A stretch of 64,000 bases of DNA from positions 576,001-640,000 of the forward strand of contig CAWJCS010000004.1 in the NCBI GenBank assembly GCA_963841435.1, read 5' to 3'. This document shows positions 47,384 through 56,542 of this stretch, one piece after another. The translations under genes were made by a program, and so were the position numbers. This DNA is from an uncultured delta proteobacterium. GTDB taxonomy: Bacteria; Myxococcota_A; Polyangia; Polyangiales; Polyangiaceae. The notes under the pieces were generated by a model, which saw only the letters and a program-made list of their open reading frames with translations, ran no database searches and was not told the origin of the DNA. Positions within the stretch are counted from its first letter, which is position 1; each line of letters opens with the position of its first letter.

Positions 47384-48139
47384 CTACAGAATGTCGGCGA
47401 GGTGCCACCCGCACATGGCGTTGACGACGGCGCCGCCGGGGCAAGTGGCGGGCGCCACGATGAAAGCGCCGGATATTTCGCCGTCGCGTTCGCAGGTGCA
47501 CGTGGAGCTCGCCTGGGTTCCTTCGCAATCGATGGAGTAGCTCGAGCCGTCGGTGCAATCCTCGAGGCTCTGCTGACACACGAACGAAGTCTCGTTGTCC
47601 GTGCCCGGGCGCCCCGCCGTGCCGCCGCCGGCGCCGGCGCGGCACACGACGACGCCACCCGTGGGGGCCGGATCCGTCGGGTCAACCTTGGGGCCGTCCC
47701 CACCGATGCAGGCCGGGGGCAGCACGTCCGGATTGGCGCAATATTGCGTCTCGTCGGCGCTCTCGCACGACGTGATGCCGTCGAAGCAGAGCATCAAAGT
47801 GTTTGCCGCCTCTTCACAAGTGCTGCCGCGCGCCGCGATGTCGTTCATCGTCGCTAGGCATTGTGCCTGGCATTCGTCGTTCGTCGTCGGCGTGCAGGAG
47901 CAGCTCGATGGCGTCGGCCCCGACCCGCCGGAGCCCGCGCCCGTGCCGGCGCTTCCGGATGTCTCGACGCAGTTGCACGTCTCGCTCAGACAGCCGCTCA
48001 GGCGTTCGCAGGTGGACGCGCAAAACGAATCGATGCGTTCGGACAGCGTCTCCGTGCCCCGCTGCTCGGCGACGGGACTATCGACCACGCAGGCTGGGAC
48101 CAGCAGGGCGACGATGAACGCAAGCTGTGCTCTCGGCAT
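47384..48139 (-). CDS. Cys-rich lipoprotein
   Basis: Lipobox VPAC; many Cys; terminal CGW. Confidence 0.7.
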   Translation of the reverse strand: MPRAQLAFIVALLVPACVVDSPVAEQRGTETLSERIDSFCASTCERLSGCLSETCNCVETSGSAGTGAGSGGSGPTPSSCSCTPTTNDECQAQCLATMNDIAARGSTCEEAANTLMLCFDGITSCESADETQYCANPDVLPPACIGGDGPKVDPTDPAPTGGVVVCRAGAGGGTAGRPGTDNETSFVCQQSLEDCTDGSSYSIDCEGTQASSTCTCERDGEISGAFIVAPATCPGGAVVNAMCGWHLADIL

Positions 48140-48221
48140 GATCCATATCCTCCCACCTTGCTCGGCTCCGTCCGAGTCCGGTTTCGCCATGTAGGTGCCG
48201 GCAGTCGGCTCCATCCTTCGA

Positions 48222-48932
48222 TCATTGTGCGGGCAGCGCCGCGAGCAGGCGCCGCAAGCGCTCGGCGTACAGATCGTCCGGCCTTTCCGCGAGGCACCGC
48301 TCGGCGAGACGTCGCGCTTCGTTGCGCCTGCCGAGGCGGGTGAGCGCCTCGACCTGGATGAGCTCGCGCTCGCGCGTCAGTGCGCCGCCGGGGAAACGCC
48401 GGGCGTGATCGCGCGACAGCGCGAGCGCCGCTTCGGGGCGCGCGTCGAGCGCTCGACGTGCTCGCTCGAGCAGCCGCGTTTCGTCGAGCAAGCCTTCGCT
48501 CGCCGACGGCAAAGGGGGCGCGCGCATCGGCTCCGTGACCCCGCCCGAAGGCTCGGGCTCCGCGGACGGTGCGGCGACGGCCTCGGCCCGGGCCGTGTGG
48601 CTCGGAGCGGGTCGCACGCCGGGCCCCGTGCGGAGCGCTCGTGCGGGCGCCGGCGCCACCTCCGGCACGGTGCGAGGGCGATCGAGCTGATGCTCGACCA
48701 CCGCGACGGCGGACGCCGTGGCCACACCCGCCGCGACGCCAATCGCCGCGGCGGTCTTCACCGTGAACCACGCGGCCGCCGTCACCGGTAGCATCGACAG
48801 GCGCGTGACACGGGCGCCGACGCGGGCGCGAAGCTCGGGGTCGAGCGCTCGCACGCGCCGTGCGTCCTCGAGGACGCCGACCAGCTCCGGCGGCGCTGCC
48901 GGGTCGTCTCGCCAGCGACGGGGCTCGTTCAT
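48222..48932 (-). CDS. Putative anti-sigma factor (TM, Pro-rich linker, C-terminal TPR-like helices)
   Basis: Coupled to the ECF sigma; LLERARRAL...HARRFPGG.L.RERE pattern. Confidence 0.7.
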   Translation of the reverse strand: MNEPRRWRDDPAAPPELVGVLEDARRVRALDPELRARVGARVTRLSMLPVTAAAWFTVKTAAAIGVAAGVATASAVAVVEHQLDRPRTVPEVAPAPARALRTGPGVRPAPSHTARAEAVAAPSAEPEPSGGVTEPMRAPPLPSASEGLLDETRLLERARRALDARPEAALALSRDHARRFPGGALTRERELIQVEALTRLGRRNEARRLAERCLAERPDDLYAERLRRLLAALPAQ

Positions 48933-49516
48933 GTTTCACCTCCGGGCACGCGAAGACCCGTCTTCGCGAGCGAGCGCGCCACGCGGGCGCGCGCCTGATG
49001 CAGGCGCGAATACACCGTGCCGATGGGAGCACCCACGAGGTCGGCAATCTGTTGGCAGCTCTGCCCCTCGAGCTCGAAAAGCACGAACACCGCGCGCTGC
49101 TCGAGGGAAAGCCGAGCGAGAGCACGCGCGAGACGACGGCGGTCGTCGTGCAGCACGGCCGTGCCCTCGGGCGTCTTGGTATCGGCCTGCTCCGGCGGCT
49201 CGGCGGTCGCGCGCTCCCGGCGAAAGTACGCCTTCCTCCGGTGGCGGGCGGTGACGCGCAGGCAGATACCGAACAGCCAGGTGGTGACCTTGCTCTTGCC
49301 GTCGAAGCCCGAGAGCTTGCGGTGAACGACGACGAAGACCTCCTGCAGCAGGTCTTCGAGATCGGCTTCCGTCACGCCGAGGTGCTGGAGCGAGCGCCAC
49401 ACGAAGGCCGCGTGCTCCCGGTATAGAGCGTCCACGCTCCTCGCGGCCATGATACCGAGGGCGCCGTCGTTCGCATCGGCCGCGAGCAAGAGCTCCACTT
49501 CGCAGTCAGTGCCCAC
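48929..49516 (-). CDS. ECF RNA polymerase sigma factor
   Basis: LYREHAAFVWR, DLLQEVF, TWLFGI, IADLVG.PIGTVYSRL..AR. Alternative ATG at 49450. Confidence 0.93.
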   Translation of the reverse strand: MGTDCEVELLLAADANDGALGIMAARSVDALYREHAAFVWRSLQHLGVTEADLEDLLQEVFVVVHRKLSGFDGKSKVTTWLFGICLRVTARHRRKAYFRRERATAEPPEQADTKTPEGTAVLHDDRRRLARALARLSLEQRAVFVLFELEGQSCQQIADLVGAPIGTVYSRLHQARARVARSLAKTGLRVPGGET

Positions 49517-49531
49517 GCGCGCCTTCCGCCT

Positions 49532-50640
49532 TCACAAAAAGAGAGTCCGACACCCAGCCCGCCTAGGAATCCGGCCGCCGGCTCGGTCCACACCACGGGG
49601 CTCGACGCCCCCAGGACGGTCAGTCGCCTCCGCAGGACGGGGACGAGCAGCGAGGCCGCGGCCTCGACGAAAAGGGCCCGGGTGACGTGGAGCTCCGCGG
49701 CCGCGCCCGCCGAAACACCGAGCACGAGAGGCTCGCTACCGCCACTTGGCACAATCGGGGTCGCCGCGCTGCTCTCGGGCACTCGGACGAGCGTCCTCAG
49801 AGCACCCAACCAGGGTCCGCCGCTCGCGGCGACCAGGGCGAGCGGTGTGTCGACCAGCGTCGCGACGACCTCGGCACCGACGCTCGTCAGCCCCACGTCC
49901 ACGTCGAGGTCATCGCGGGCGATGCTTGCAGACGCGAGGTACGTCCCGACGAGCTGCCAACCGATGCGCGGGTGAGGGCGCCCCGCCACCGTCAGCGAGA
50001 AGCCAGGAACCGACGCGGGGACCAAGCCGATCCCGAGCGCCGCACGGACGACTCCGTGGCCGAGCTCGCGGTGGGTTGCCTGGGGCGGAGACTCGCGCAG
50101 GGTCGGCGTCGCCCGCGGCCCGGCACGCTGCTCTTGGGGCGCAGCGCCGGGTGACACCGTGGGGCGGGGAGGGGTGGGGGCCGGTTCCGTGTTCGGGGGC
50201 GCTTCGTGCGCGCTGGCGGGCGGCGGTGTCTCCGCCGCCACGCGCGCTGTGAACGTGGGGTCGATGAGCAGCGCGACGGCGAGCGCCGTGGCGCCGAAGA
50301 TGGGCCCGCAGTCGACGTCGGAGCTTGCGAGCTGTCGCCGGCCGAGGGGCGTGCCGTCGCGATCGAGTATGCGGATGGTGGCGGCGTAGCCGGAAGCGTC
50401 GTGGGCGAGGTAGATCTCGATGGCGCGCGCAGCGTTGGTGTCGAACGGTGCGCGTCCGAGCCGCGTGGCCACCTCCTCGGACAACGCGAGCGCCGTTGGG
50501 CAATGCTCGGCGCCGTCCCCGCGCACCCAGGCGAGCGAGTAGCGCTCCGCCGGAGCCAAGGGCTCGCTTGCGGGGTCGGCCGAGGCAACTCGCGCCACGA
50601 CCAGGGCGCCCACCAGCGTACCCACGCGAACGACCCACAT
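49532..50640 (-). CDS. Secreted protein with periplasmic N-domain, Pro linker and probable C-terminal beta-barrel; true stop probably 49532 (homopolymer frameshift)
   Basis: Signal peptide, C..C N-domain, amphipathic strands ending GVGLSF; as assembled it runs to 49372 inside the sigma gene. Confidence 0.6.
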
Positions 50641-50780
50641 CGGGGGCGACTCTAATCCTCGAGGCGTCCCTTAGCAGGCCCTTTCTGGTAGGAGGCGACC
50701 CCGGTCCCCCGCCGAAATGAGGTCGAGGCGCGCCGTTCCACGCAGGGGTCGGAAACGGGCGGCATCGAAGGCCTGCTGCC

Positions 50781-51428
50781 TCAGGGGCGGTCCTCGGGCG
50801 ACGCTTTCCGTCCGAGCAACGCGAAGATCCGTCGCCAGACCGCGGCGATCGACTCGGCGTCCGACTCGCTCGCGCCGACGAGGGGCCGCCCGTCGCTCGC
50901 GACCGCCGCAAGCGCAGTCCGGCGTTTCGAAAGAGGCAGCCTGTCGAGCTTGGTCGCGACGAGCAGCGTGGCGGGGGTAGGGCGGCCCTTCTTTTTCGAG
51001 CCCTCGATCATGGTCAAAAGATCGCGATCGTCCGGCTCGAGGCCGCGCCGCACGTCGACGAGGATGACGACGAGCGCGAGCGCCGGGCGCTCGAGCAGGT
51101 AACGCTCGGCGAGCATCGCCCACGCGACGCGCTCGGTCTTGGCGCGTTGCGCGAAACCGTAGCCCGGCAGATCCACGAACGAGAGCACACCGCCGTCGCG
51201 CGTCTTCACGGCGAAGAAGTTCAGCGTCCGCGTGCAGCCCGGCGTCGAGCTCGTGCGCGCCAGGCCCTGCCGGTTCATGAGGCGATTGAGCAGCGTGCTC
51301 TTGCCGACGTTCGAGCGGCCCGCGAAGGCCACCTCGACGGCGACCGATGGCGGCAGCTCTTCCGGTCTTGCGGCGGCGGCGCTGAACTCGGCCGACAGCG
51401 CGTAGGGGAGGGGCGGCTTGCGGCTCAA
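50781..51428 (-). CDS. engB: Ribosome biogenesis GTPase EngB/YihA/YsxC
   Basis: EVAFAGRSNVGKS, TSSTPG.T, DLPGYG, TKLD. Confidence 0.95.
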   Translation of the reverse strand: MSRKPPLPYALSAEFSAAAARPEELPPSVAVEVAFAGRSNVGKSTLLNRLMNRQGLARTSSTPGCTRTLNFFAVKTRDGGVLSFVDLPGYGFAQRAKTERVAWAMLAERYLLERPALALVVILVDVRRGLEPDDRDLLTMIEGSKKKGRPTPATLLVATKLDRLPLSKRRTALAAVASDGRPLVGASESDAESIAAVWRRIFALLGRKASPEDRP

Positions 51429-53041
51429 GGGCGGCCCTTTCCGGCGAGGCGCCGCGAGAGCTCGCGACCGAGCGTCAAGAGCTCGGGGCTTCGCAGCACG
51501 AGCGCCAGCACCGCGAAGGCGACGACGAACGAGCCCGCGCCCGCCACGCCCGGCAGGGCTCGCGCGAGCGCGCCGGCACCTGCGCCCGGCTCGAGCGCTC
51601 CCGCCACGGTGCGGCCCACCGCCACGGCGCCGAGCGACGCTCCAGTGACGCGCGCGAGCGAGCTCATGACCCCGTGCCCCGCGACGCTCGGCAGCTTGCG
51701 CACGAGCAACACGGCGAGCAAGAGGGCCTGGACGGCGCTCGACCCGGTGACGGCCCAGGAGATGCCGACGTGGCCGAACGGCGAGCGCAGCGCGAGGGCG
51801 AGCACGATGAAAACGCACAGGTCGGTCGCCGCCACCAGCACGGGCGTGCGGGTGTCACCGACGGCGTAATACACCCCGAGCAGCTGGCGCACGGCGGCAA
51901 TCAACCACACACCCGAGCCCTGCGCCACGAGAGAGGCCGCGGTTTGCCGGGCCGCCTCGCCCCCGAACTCGCCGCGCTGGAACAGCAGCACCACGATCGG
52001 CTCGGCGAGCCCCACGAACAGCGCCGTGGCTGGAATCGCGACGAACAGCGCGAGCTTCAAGCCGAACGCGAAGGTGCCGCCGAGCTGGACGAGCTCGCCT
52101 CGCGCGGCGAGCCGGGAAAGGCTCGGTAGCGCCGCCGCTTGCAGCGCCATCACGAAGATCCCCTGCGGAAAGTCGCAGAGCCGCATGGCCCAGGTGAAAT
52201 AGCTCTGCGCTCCCAGGCCGAGCTCGGAAAGGAAACGGCGCGCGAGCACAACGTCAACGTAATAAACGCCGATGCCGAACAGCATCGGTCCCATGCGCCG
52301 CAGCACCTCGCGCACGGCGGGGTGGCGGAGCTCGAGCGTCGGTGCGCCGAGGTAGCCGATGGCGGCGAGGCTCGGCCATTGCGCGGCGACCTGGAGCACC
52401 CCGCCCAAAAGCGCGCCCGCGACGAGCGCGAGCCCCGTATCGTAACCGCGCGCTCCCAGGTAGCCCGGCAGCACGAGCGCGAGCACGACGAACGAGACGT
52501 TCAAGAGCCCCGGCGCGAACGACGTGGCGACGAAGCGCGCGTGGGTGTTGAGCGCCGCAGCGCCGAGCGCGGCCGTCCCCATGAACAGGATGTAGGGAAA
52601 GACCCAGCGCGTGTAGAGCACGGTGCGCTCGAGCTGCCCCGGAATGTCGCGATAACCGGCCGCGAACAGGTCGACGAGCGTCGGCGCGAACCCGACGCCG
52701 AGCACCGTCACCGCGAAGAGCGCCGCGAGCGACAACCCTCGCATGGCCACGAAGAACCGTCGTGCGGCGTCCTCTCCCTCGCGCTCCCGCACGTCGACGA
52801 GCACGGGGAGCACGGCGTTCTGGATTGCGCCTTCGGCGAGCAGCTGTCGGAGCACGTTGGGAATGGTGAACGCCACGAAGAACGCATCGGTCACCGCTCG
52901 CGAGAACACGGCGGCGATGGTCTGGTCGCGCAAGAGCCCCACGAGGCGGCTCGCGAGCGTGCCGACGGCAACCACCCCGGCGCGCTCGGCGATGCGTCGA
53001 TGCTCACCGGCCGTGCCGGAGCTCTTGGAGGCCTCGCTCAC
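51425..53041 (-). CDS. murJ: Lipid II flippase MurJ (MviN)
   Basis: SRLVGLLRD, DAFFVAFTIPN.LR.LLAEG, P.GIF, LFQRGEF, DTRTP. Confidence 0.95.
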   Translation of the reverse strand: MSEASKSSGTAGEHRRIAERAGVVAVGTLASRLVGLLRDQTIAAVFSRAVTDAFFVAFTIPNVLRQLLAEGAIQNAVLPVLVDVREREGEDAARRFFVAMRGLSLAALFAVTVLGVGFAPTLVDLFAAGYRDIPGQLERTVLYTRWVFPYILFMGTAALGAAALNTHARFVATSFAPGLLNVSFVVLALVLPGYLGARGYDTGLALVAGALLGGVLQVAAQWPSLAAIGYLGAPTLELRHPAVREVLRRMGPMLFGIGVYYVDVVLARRFLSELGLGAQSYFTWAMRLCDFPQGIFVMALQAAALPSLSRLAARGELVQLGGTFAFGLKLALFVAIPATALFVGLAEPIVVLLFQRGEFGGEAARQTAASLVAQGSGVWLIAAVRQLLGVYYAVGDTRTPVLVAATDLCVFIVLALALRSPFGHVGISWAVTGSSAVQALLLAVLLVRKLPSVAGHGVMSSLARVTGASLGAVAVGRTVAGALEPGAGAGALARALPGVAGAGSFVVAFAVLALVLRSPELLTLGRELSRRLAGKGRP

Positions 53042-53080
53042 CGTGTCTTCCTTACCATCGACGCGCCGCGGCTCAGGAAT

Positions 53081-53818
53081 TCACGAAAGGCCTGCGTGTG
53101 TTCTCAGCACGTGTTCCACGAGATCCAGCGCTACCTCCGCATCGCCTTCGCCGAGCTCGCCGGGGTCGCCGGTCGCCGCCGCGCGTCCCAGGCGTCGGCG
53201 CCTGTCGGCCGCAAGCCTCAGCCGTGCACCGCCACAGCTCCGGCACAGGAGGCCGCCGCGCGTGGGGTCGACCAGGCCCGGCAGGTCCGGTGGGCACTCC
53301 TTGCCGCAGCTCACGCAGCGCTCGAAGTCGACGCCCCAGCCGAGCACCGTGAGCAGCGAGAGCCCGGCCGCGGCCAGCGTGGCGCGGGCGTCCACGGGCT
53401 CGGGCCCGGCGAGGCGGTCGAGTACGCCCTCGATGACGCGGAAAAGCTCGGGTTCTGGCGTGCGAGCCGGAGCGGCCTGTCTCACCCAGGAAAGCGCGCG
53501 GCCCGCCGCCTCGAGCCGCGCGAGGTCCGATATCAGCGCGAGGCGCGGGCGCTCGATTTTCGCGTCGCGTAGCCCGAATAGGTCGCCGTGCGTGCGCTCC
53601 TCGAGTGCGACCTCGAGCGTGTGCATGGGCTCGAGCGCGCCACCGAACCGTCGCGTGCTGCGGCGTGCGCCTCGCGCAAGTGCCGAGAGCTTGCCGTGCG
53701 TCTCCGTGAGCAGCGTGATCACGAGGTCGGCGTCGCCGTACTCGACGCGCTTGAGCAGCAGCGCTCGCGTCGTGCGGATGCCGTCCGCGGAGCGCGCGCG
53801 CGTTCGCGGTCGGGTCAA
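53081..53818 (-). CDS. recO: DNA repair protein RecO
   Basis: YGDAD..ITLLT..HGK....ARGARRS..RFGG.LE; CxxC...CxxC zinc finger. Confidence 0.93.
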   Translation of the reverse strand: MTRPRTRARSADGIRTTRALLLKRVEYGDADLVITLLTETHGKLSALARGARRSTRRFGGALEPMHTLEVALEERTHGDLFGLRDAKIERPRLALISDLARLEAAGRALSWVRQAAPARTPEPELFRVIEGVLDRLAGPEPVDARATLAAAGLSLLTVLGWGVDFERCVSCGKECPPDLPGLVDPTRGGLLCRSCGGARLRLAADRRRRLGRAAATGDPGELGEGDAEVALDLVEHVLRTHAGLS

Positions 53819-54243
53819 GCGAGGGCGGCTGGCCGCGCAGCCGGACCGACGGAGAGCTCCTGCGGCATGTCGTCACCGCGCGGCCGGAGCACGATGCTCA
53901 ACGCCAGCGTGAAGAGGATCAAGAGGAGCACGAACGCAATGGCGACGCCGAAGCGACGAGTGCGAGCCGGACGCACCGGGCTCGTGATCGGCAGCGGTGT
54001 GACCCAGGCCACCCGGCGGCTCGCCGTGTAGCGAGCGAGCACGTCATCCGGCGGAACCTCGACGGCACGCGCGTACGCGCGCAAGAAGCCGCGCACGAAA
54101 ACCTCACCAGGAAGCTCGTCGAAACGATCGGCCTCGATGCGCTCGACGCTCGCGATGGGCACGCGCGTCGCTCGCGACACCTCGGCGATGCTCATGCGCC
54201 GTGCTTCACGGAGCTCGCGGAGGTGTTGGCCGACCGAGGTCAT
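53815..54243 (-). CDS. RodZ-like HTH membrane protein (short form)
   Basis: GQHLRELRE..., LPGEVFVRGFLRAYA, C-terminal TM. Confidence 0.85.
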   Translation of the reverse strand: MTSVGQHLRELREARRMSIAEVSRATRVPIASVERIEADRFDELPGEVFVRGFLRAYARAVEVPPDDVLARYTASRRVAWVTPLPITSPVRPARTRRFGVAIAFVLLLILFTLALSIVLRPRGDDMPQELSVGPAARPAALA

Positions 54244-55064
54244 GGGGGACCCGAGCCTACTTCTAGTTTTTGCAACATGGAGCTACAATCTTTGCCGGTT
54301 TTCGTCGCCCGCGAGAGCTCGACGCAAGCCTTCAAGTCCGCTCGGGCCGAGGGAGTATCGCCGCTCCGAACGAAGCCCCTCGCGCGCCCGGCCCACGCTT
54401 CCTGCAGCGCGCTACACCCCGGGGCCTCGGTTTCCAGTGCGCGCGTAAAGGCCTCGCGTGCGAGCGAATTTTCGCCTTTGCGTTCGTAGGCGAGGCCGAG
54501 GCGGAAGTTCCCCACGCAGAATTGCGGCTGCGCCGCGATGCTGCGGCGAAGCGCGTCGATCGCCGGCTCGAGCTTACCGAGCTCGAGATAGGCCCAGCCG
54601 AGGTTCCCCCAGGCATTTTCCGGCGTTTGGTAGAGGATGTCCTGGGTCAGCGGCAAAAGAAGCTTCACGGCATCCGCTGCGCGGTGCTCGTGGATCAGCA
54701 CGACCGCGAGGGTGTTCGTGGCCTCGCGGAAGTCCGGTTTGAGGTTCACGGCGCGCCGCGCCTGAGCCTCTGCCTGGGGCAGACGACACTCTGCTCTGTC
54801 CCGACTGCAGAAGTCGAGATAGAGCAGAGCCACGAGGTGCGCGGCCTCGGCGTTGTCGGGGTCGAGCTCGACCGCTTTGAGCGCGTGGTCGAGCGCCCCG
54901 CGTGGGTCGTCGCGGCGCAGCCAGAGGTCTCGCGCCACATCGTACTCAGTTTCGGCCTGGCGGCTGGCGTCCTGGGCCTGCGGCCCACCGGCCGACCCGC
55001 TCGAGCAGGCAACGCATGCCGCGACCACCGCCGCACGCCACCGACCGGCCACCCGTTCGCTCAT
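54240..55064 (-). CDS. tgl: TPR lipoprotein, Tgl/PilF type IV pilus secretin pilotin
   Basis: Lipobox CVAC; TPRs; LYQTPENAWGNLG and PQFC motifs; pilF-rodZ-type synteny. Confidence 0.72.
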   Translation of the reverse strand: MSERVAGRWRAAVVAACVACSSGSAGGPQAQDASRQAETEYDVARDLWLRRDDPRGALDHALKAVELDPDNAEAAHLVALLYLDFCSRDRAECRLPQAEAQARRAVNLKPDFREATNTLAVVLIHEHRAADAVKLLLPLTQDILYQTPENAWGNLGWAYLELGKLEPAIDALRRSIAAQPQFCVGNFRLGLAYERKGENSLAREAFTRALETEAPGCSALQEAWAGRARGFVRSGDTPSARADLKACVELSRATKTGKDCSSMLQKLEVGSGPP

Positions 55065-55765
55065 GAGAGGGGCCGGACCCGGTCCCGCTGCGGACCGCCG
55101 CGCAGCTGGTCCTTGAGGCTCAAAAGCGCGTAGAGCTCGCGCAGCGTGTCGAGGTCGGAAACTTCGACGCGCTCGTCGCGGATCCGCACGTAGCCCGTCT
55201 CGCGCAGCTGCGAAACGACGCGCTTCACCGCGTCAACCTCGAGCCCGACCTGCGCGGAGAGCTCGAGGGGGGAGACCTTGAGGCTCACCTCGCCGTTCAC
55301 CTGCGCCCTGGTCTCGATCTCACGTTGAGCGAGCTTCATCAAGGCGACCACGATCTTGCTCTGATCGTCGCGCACCATGAGGATCTCGATTTGCTCCTCG
55401 GCCTCACGCAGACGCCGGAGCACCTGCTCGAGCACCCCGAGGCCGACGTCGGGGTGCCCGGCGAGCACCTTCTCGAAGGTCTCGCGATCGAACGCCAGGG
55501 CCATGCCCTCGTCGAGCGCGACGGCGGTGGCGCGACGCACGGACCCCGGCTGCAGCGCCGACTCACCGAACAGGTCTCCGGCGCGGGCCACGCGCAGGCT
55601 CCGCTCCATCGCGCCCACCTGCTTGAACAGCCTGACGCGCCCGCTCTGCAACAGGAACGCGAAATCGGCGGGCTCTCCGTCCCTGAAGAGCACCGTGCCG
55701 GCCTGGAAGCGACGCCCATAGCGCGCGAACAGATCGCCTTGCTCCGGGTTTTGTCCTTCGGACAT
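55061..55765 (-). CDS. CRP/FNR family transcriptional regulator
   Basis: LFRDGE, GDLFGE, RRATAVA cNMP domain; C-terminal HTH. Confidence 0.9.
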   Translation of the reverse strand: MSEGQNPEQGDLFARYGRRFQAGTVLFRDGEPADFAFLLQSGRVRLFKQVGAMERSLRVARAGDLFGESALQPGSVRRATAVALDEGMALAFDRETFEKVLAGHPDVGLGVLEQVLRRLREAEEQIEILMVRDDQSKIVVALMKLAQREIETRAQVNGEVSLKVSPLELSAQVGLEVDAVKRVVSQLRETGYVRIRDERVEVSDLDTLRELYALLSLKDQLRGGPQRDRVRPLS

Positions 55766-55829
55766 CGCCGGGCAGAGTAGTGCCCCGCCGCTGTCCCCGC
55801 AAACGTTTGCCGGCTGGCCGTGCGCGAGC

Positions 55830-56513
55830 CTAGGCCCCGGGCTCGCGCAGCGGAGACGGGGGCAGGTTCGGCAGCGTCGCGCCCGAGTCGCGGACGTAGT
55901 CGGGCTCGAGCGACGAAGCTCGCATGTCGGCTCCGACGCCCAGCAGCGCCACGAAGGTTGCGTGGGGAAGTGCGCTTTCCGGGCTCGCGAAGACCGGTAG
56001 GGACGGGCCGAGCTCGGCGGCCGCCTCGCCGATCGCGACGGCGTCTTGGTCGCCGAGCGCCGCGATGACGTGCGCGGCGGCGCGCTCGCGGAGCACCGCG
56101 CAGGGGCGCATGAGCGCGTCGCCGTGCACGTCGTAGGCCCCGAGGAACAGCTCGCCGCGACGGGCGTCGAGCACCGCGACGCGCACGCGTGGGTCGGAAT
56201 GGGGCACGGCGCGAGCCATGGCCGATAGCGAGCCGACGCCCACGACGGGGCGGTCGAGACCGAGCGCGATGCCCTGAGCGAGCGCGATGCCGACGCGAAG
56301 CCCGGTGAACGACCCGGGTCCGATGCCGACCGCCAAACGATCGATCGCGGAGCGCGTGAGGCCGGCCTCGGCAAGCACCCGATCGACCAGCGGCAGGAGC
56401 GCCTCGGCGTGAGCGTTCGTCCGCTCGTGCTCGAGCGCGACGATGGCCCGTTCGTCCTCCACGAGGGCCACGGAGCCTCTCCGCGTCGATGTTTCGATCC
56501 CGAGCACGCGCAC
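55830..56513 (-). CDS. tsaB: tRNA t6A biosynthesis protein TsaB
   Basis: VLGIETS, HAEALLP, GPGSFTGLRVG, DARRGE, EPDYVR. Confidence 0.94.
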   Translation of the reverse strand: MRVLGIETSTRRGSVALVEDERAIVALEHERTNAHAEALLPLVDRVLAEAGLTRSAIDRLAVGIGPGSFTGLRVGIALAQGIALGLDRPVVGVGSLSAMARAVPHSDPRVRVAVLDARRGELFLGAYDVHGDALMRPCAVLRERAAAHVIAALGDQDAVAIGEAAAELGPSLPVFASPESALPHATFVALLGVGADMRASSLEPDYVRDSGATLPNLPPSPLREPGA

Positions 56514-56542
56514 GGCGAGTTTTCTACTACCATGGATCCCTC

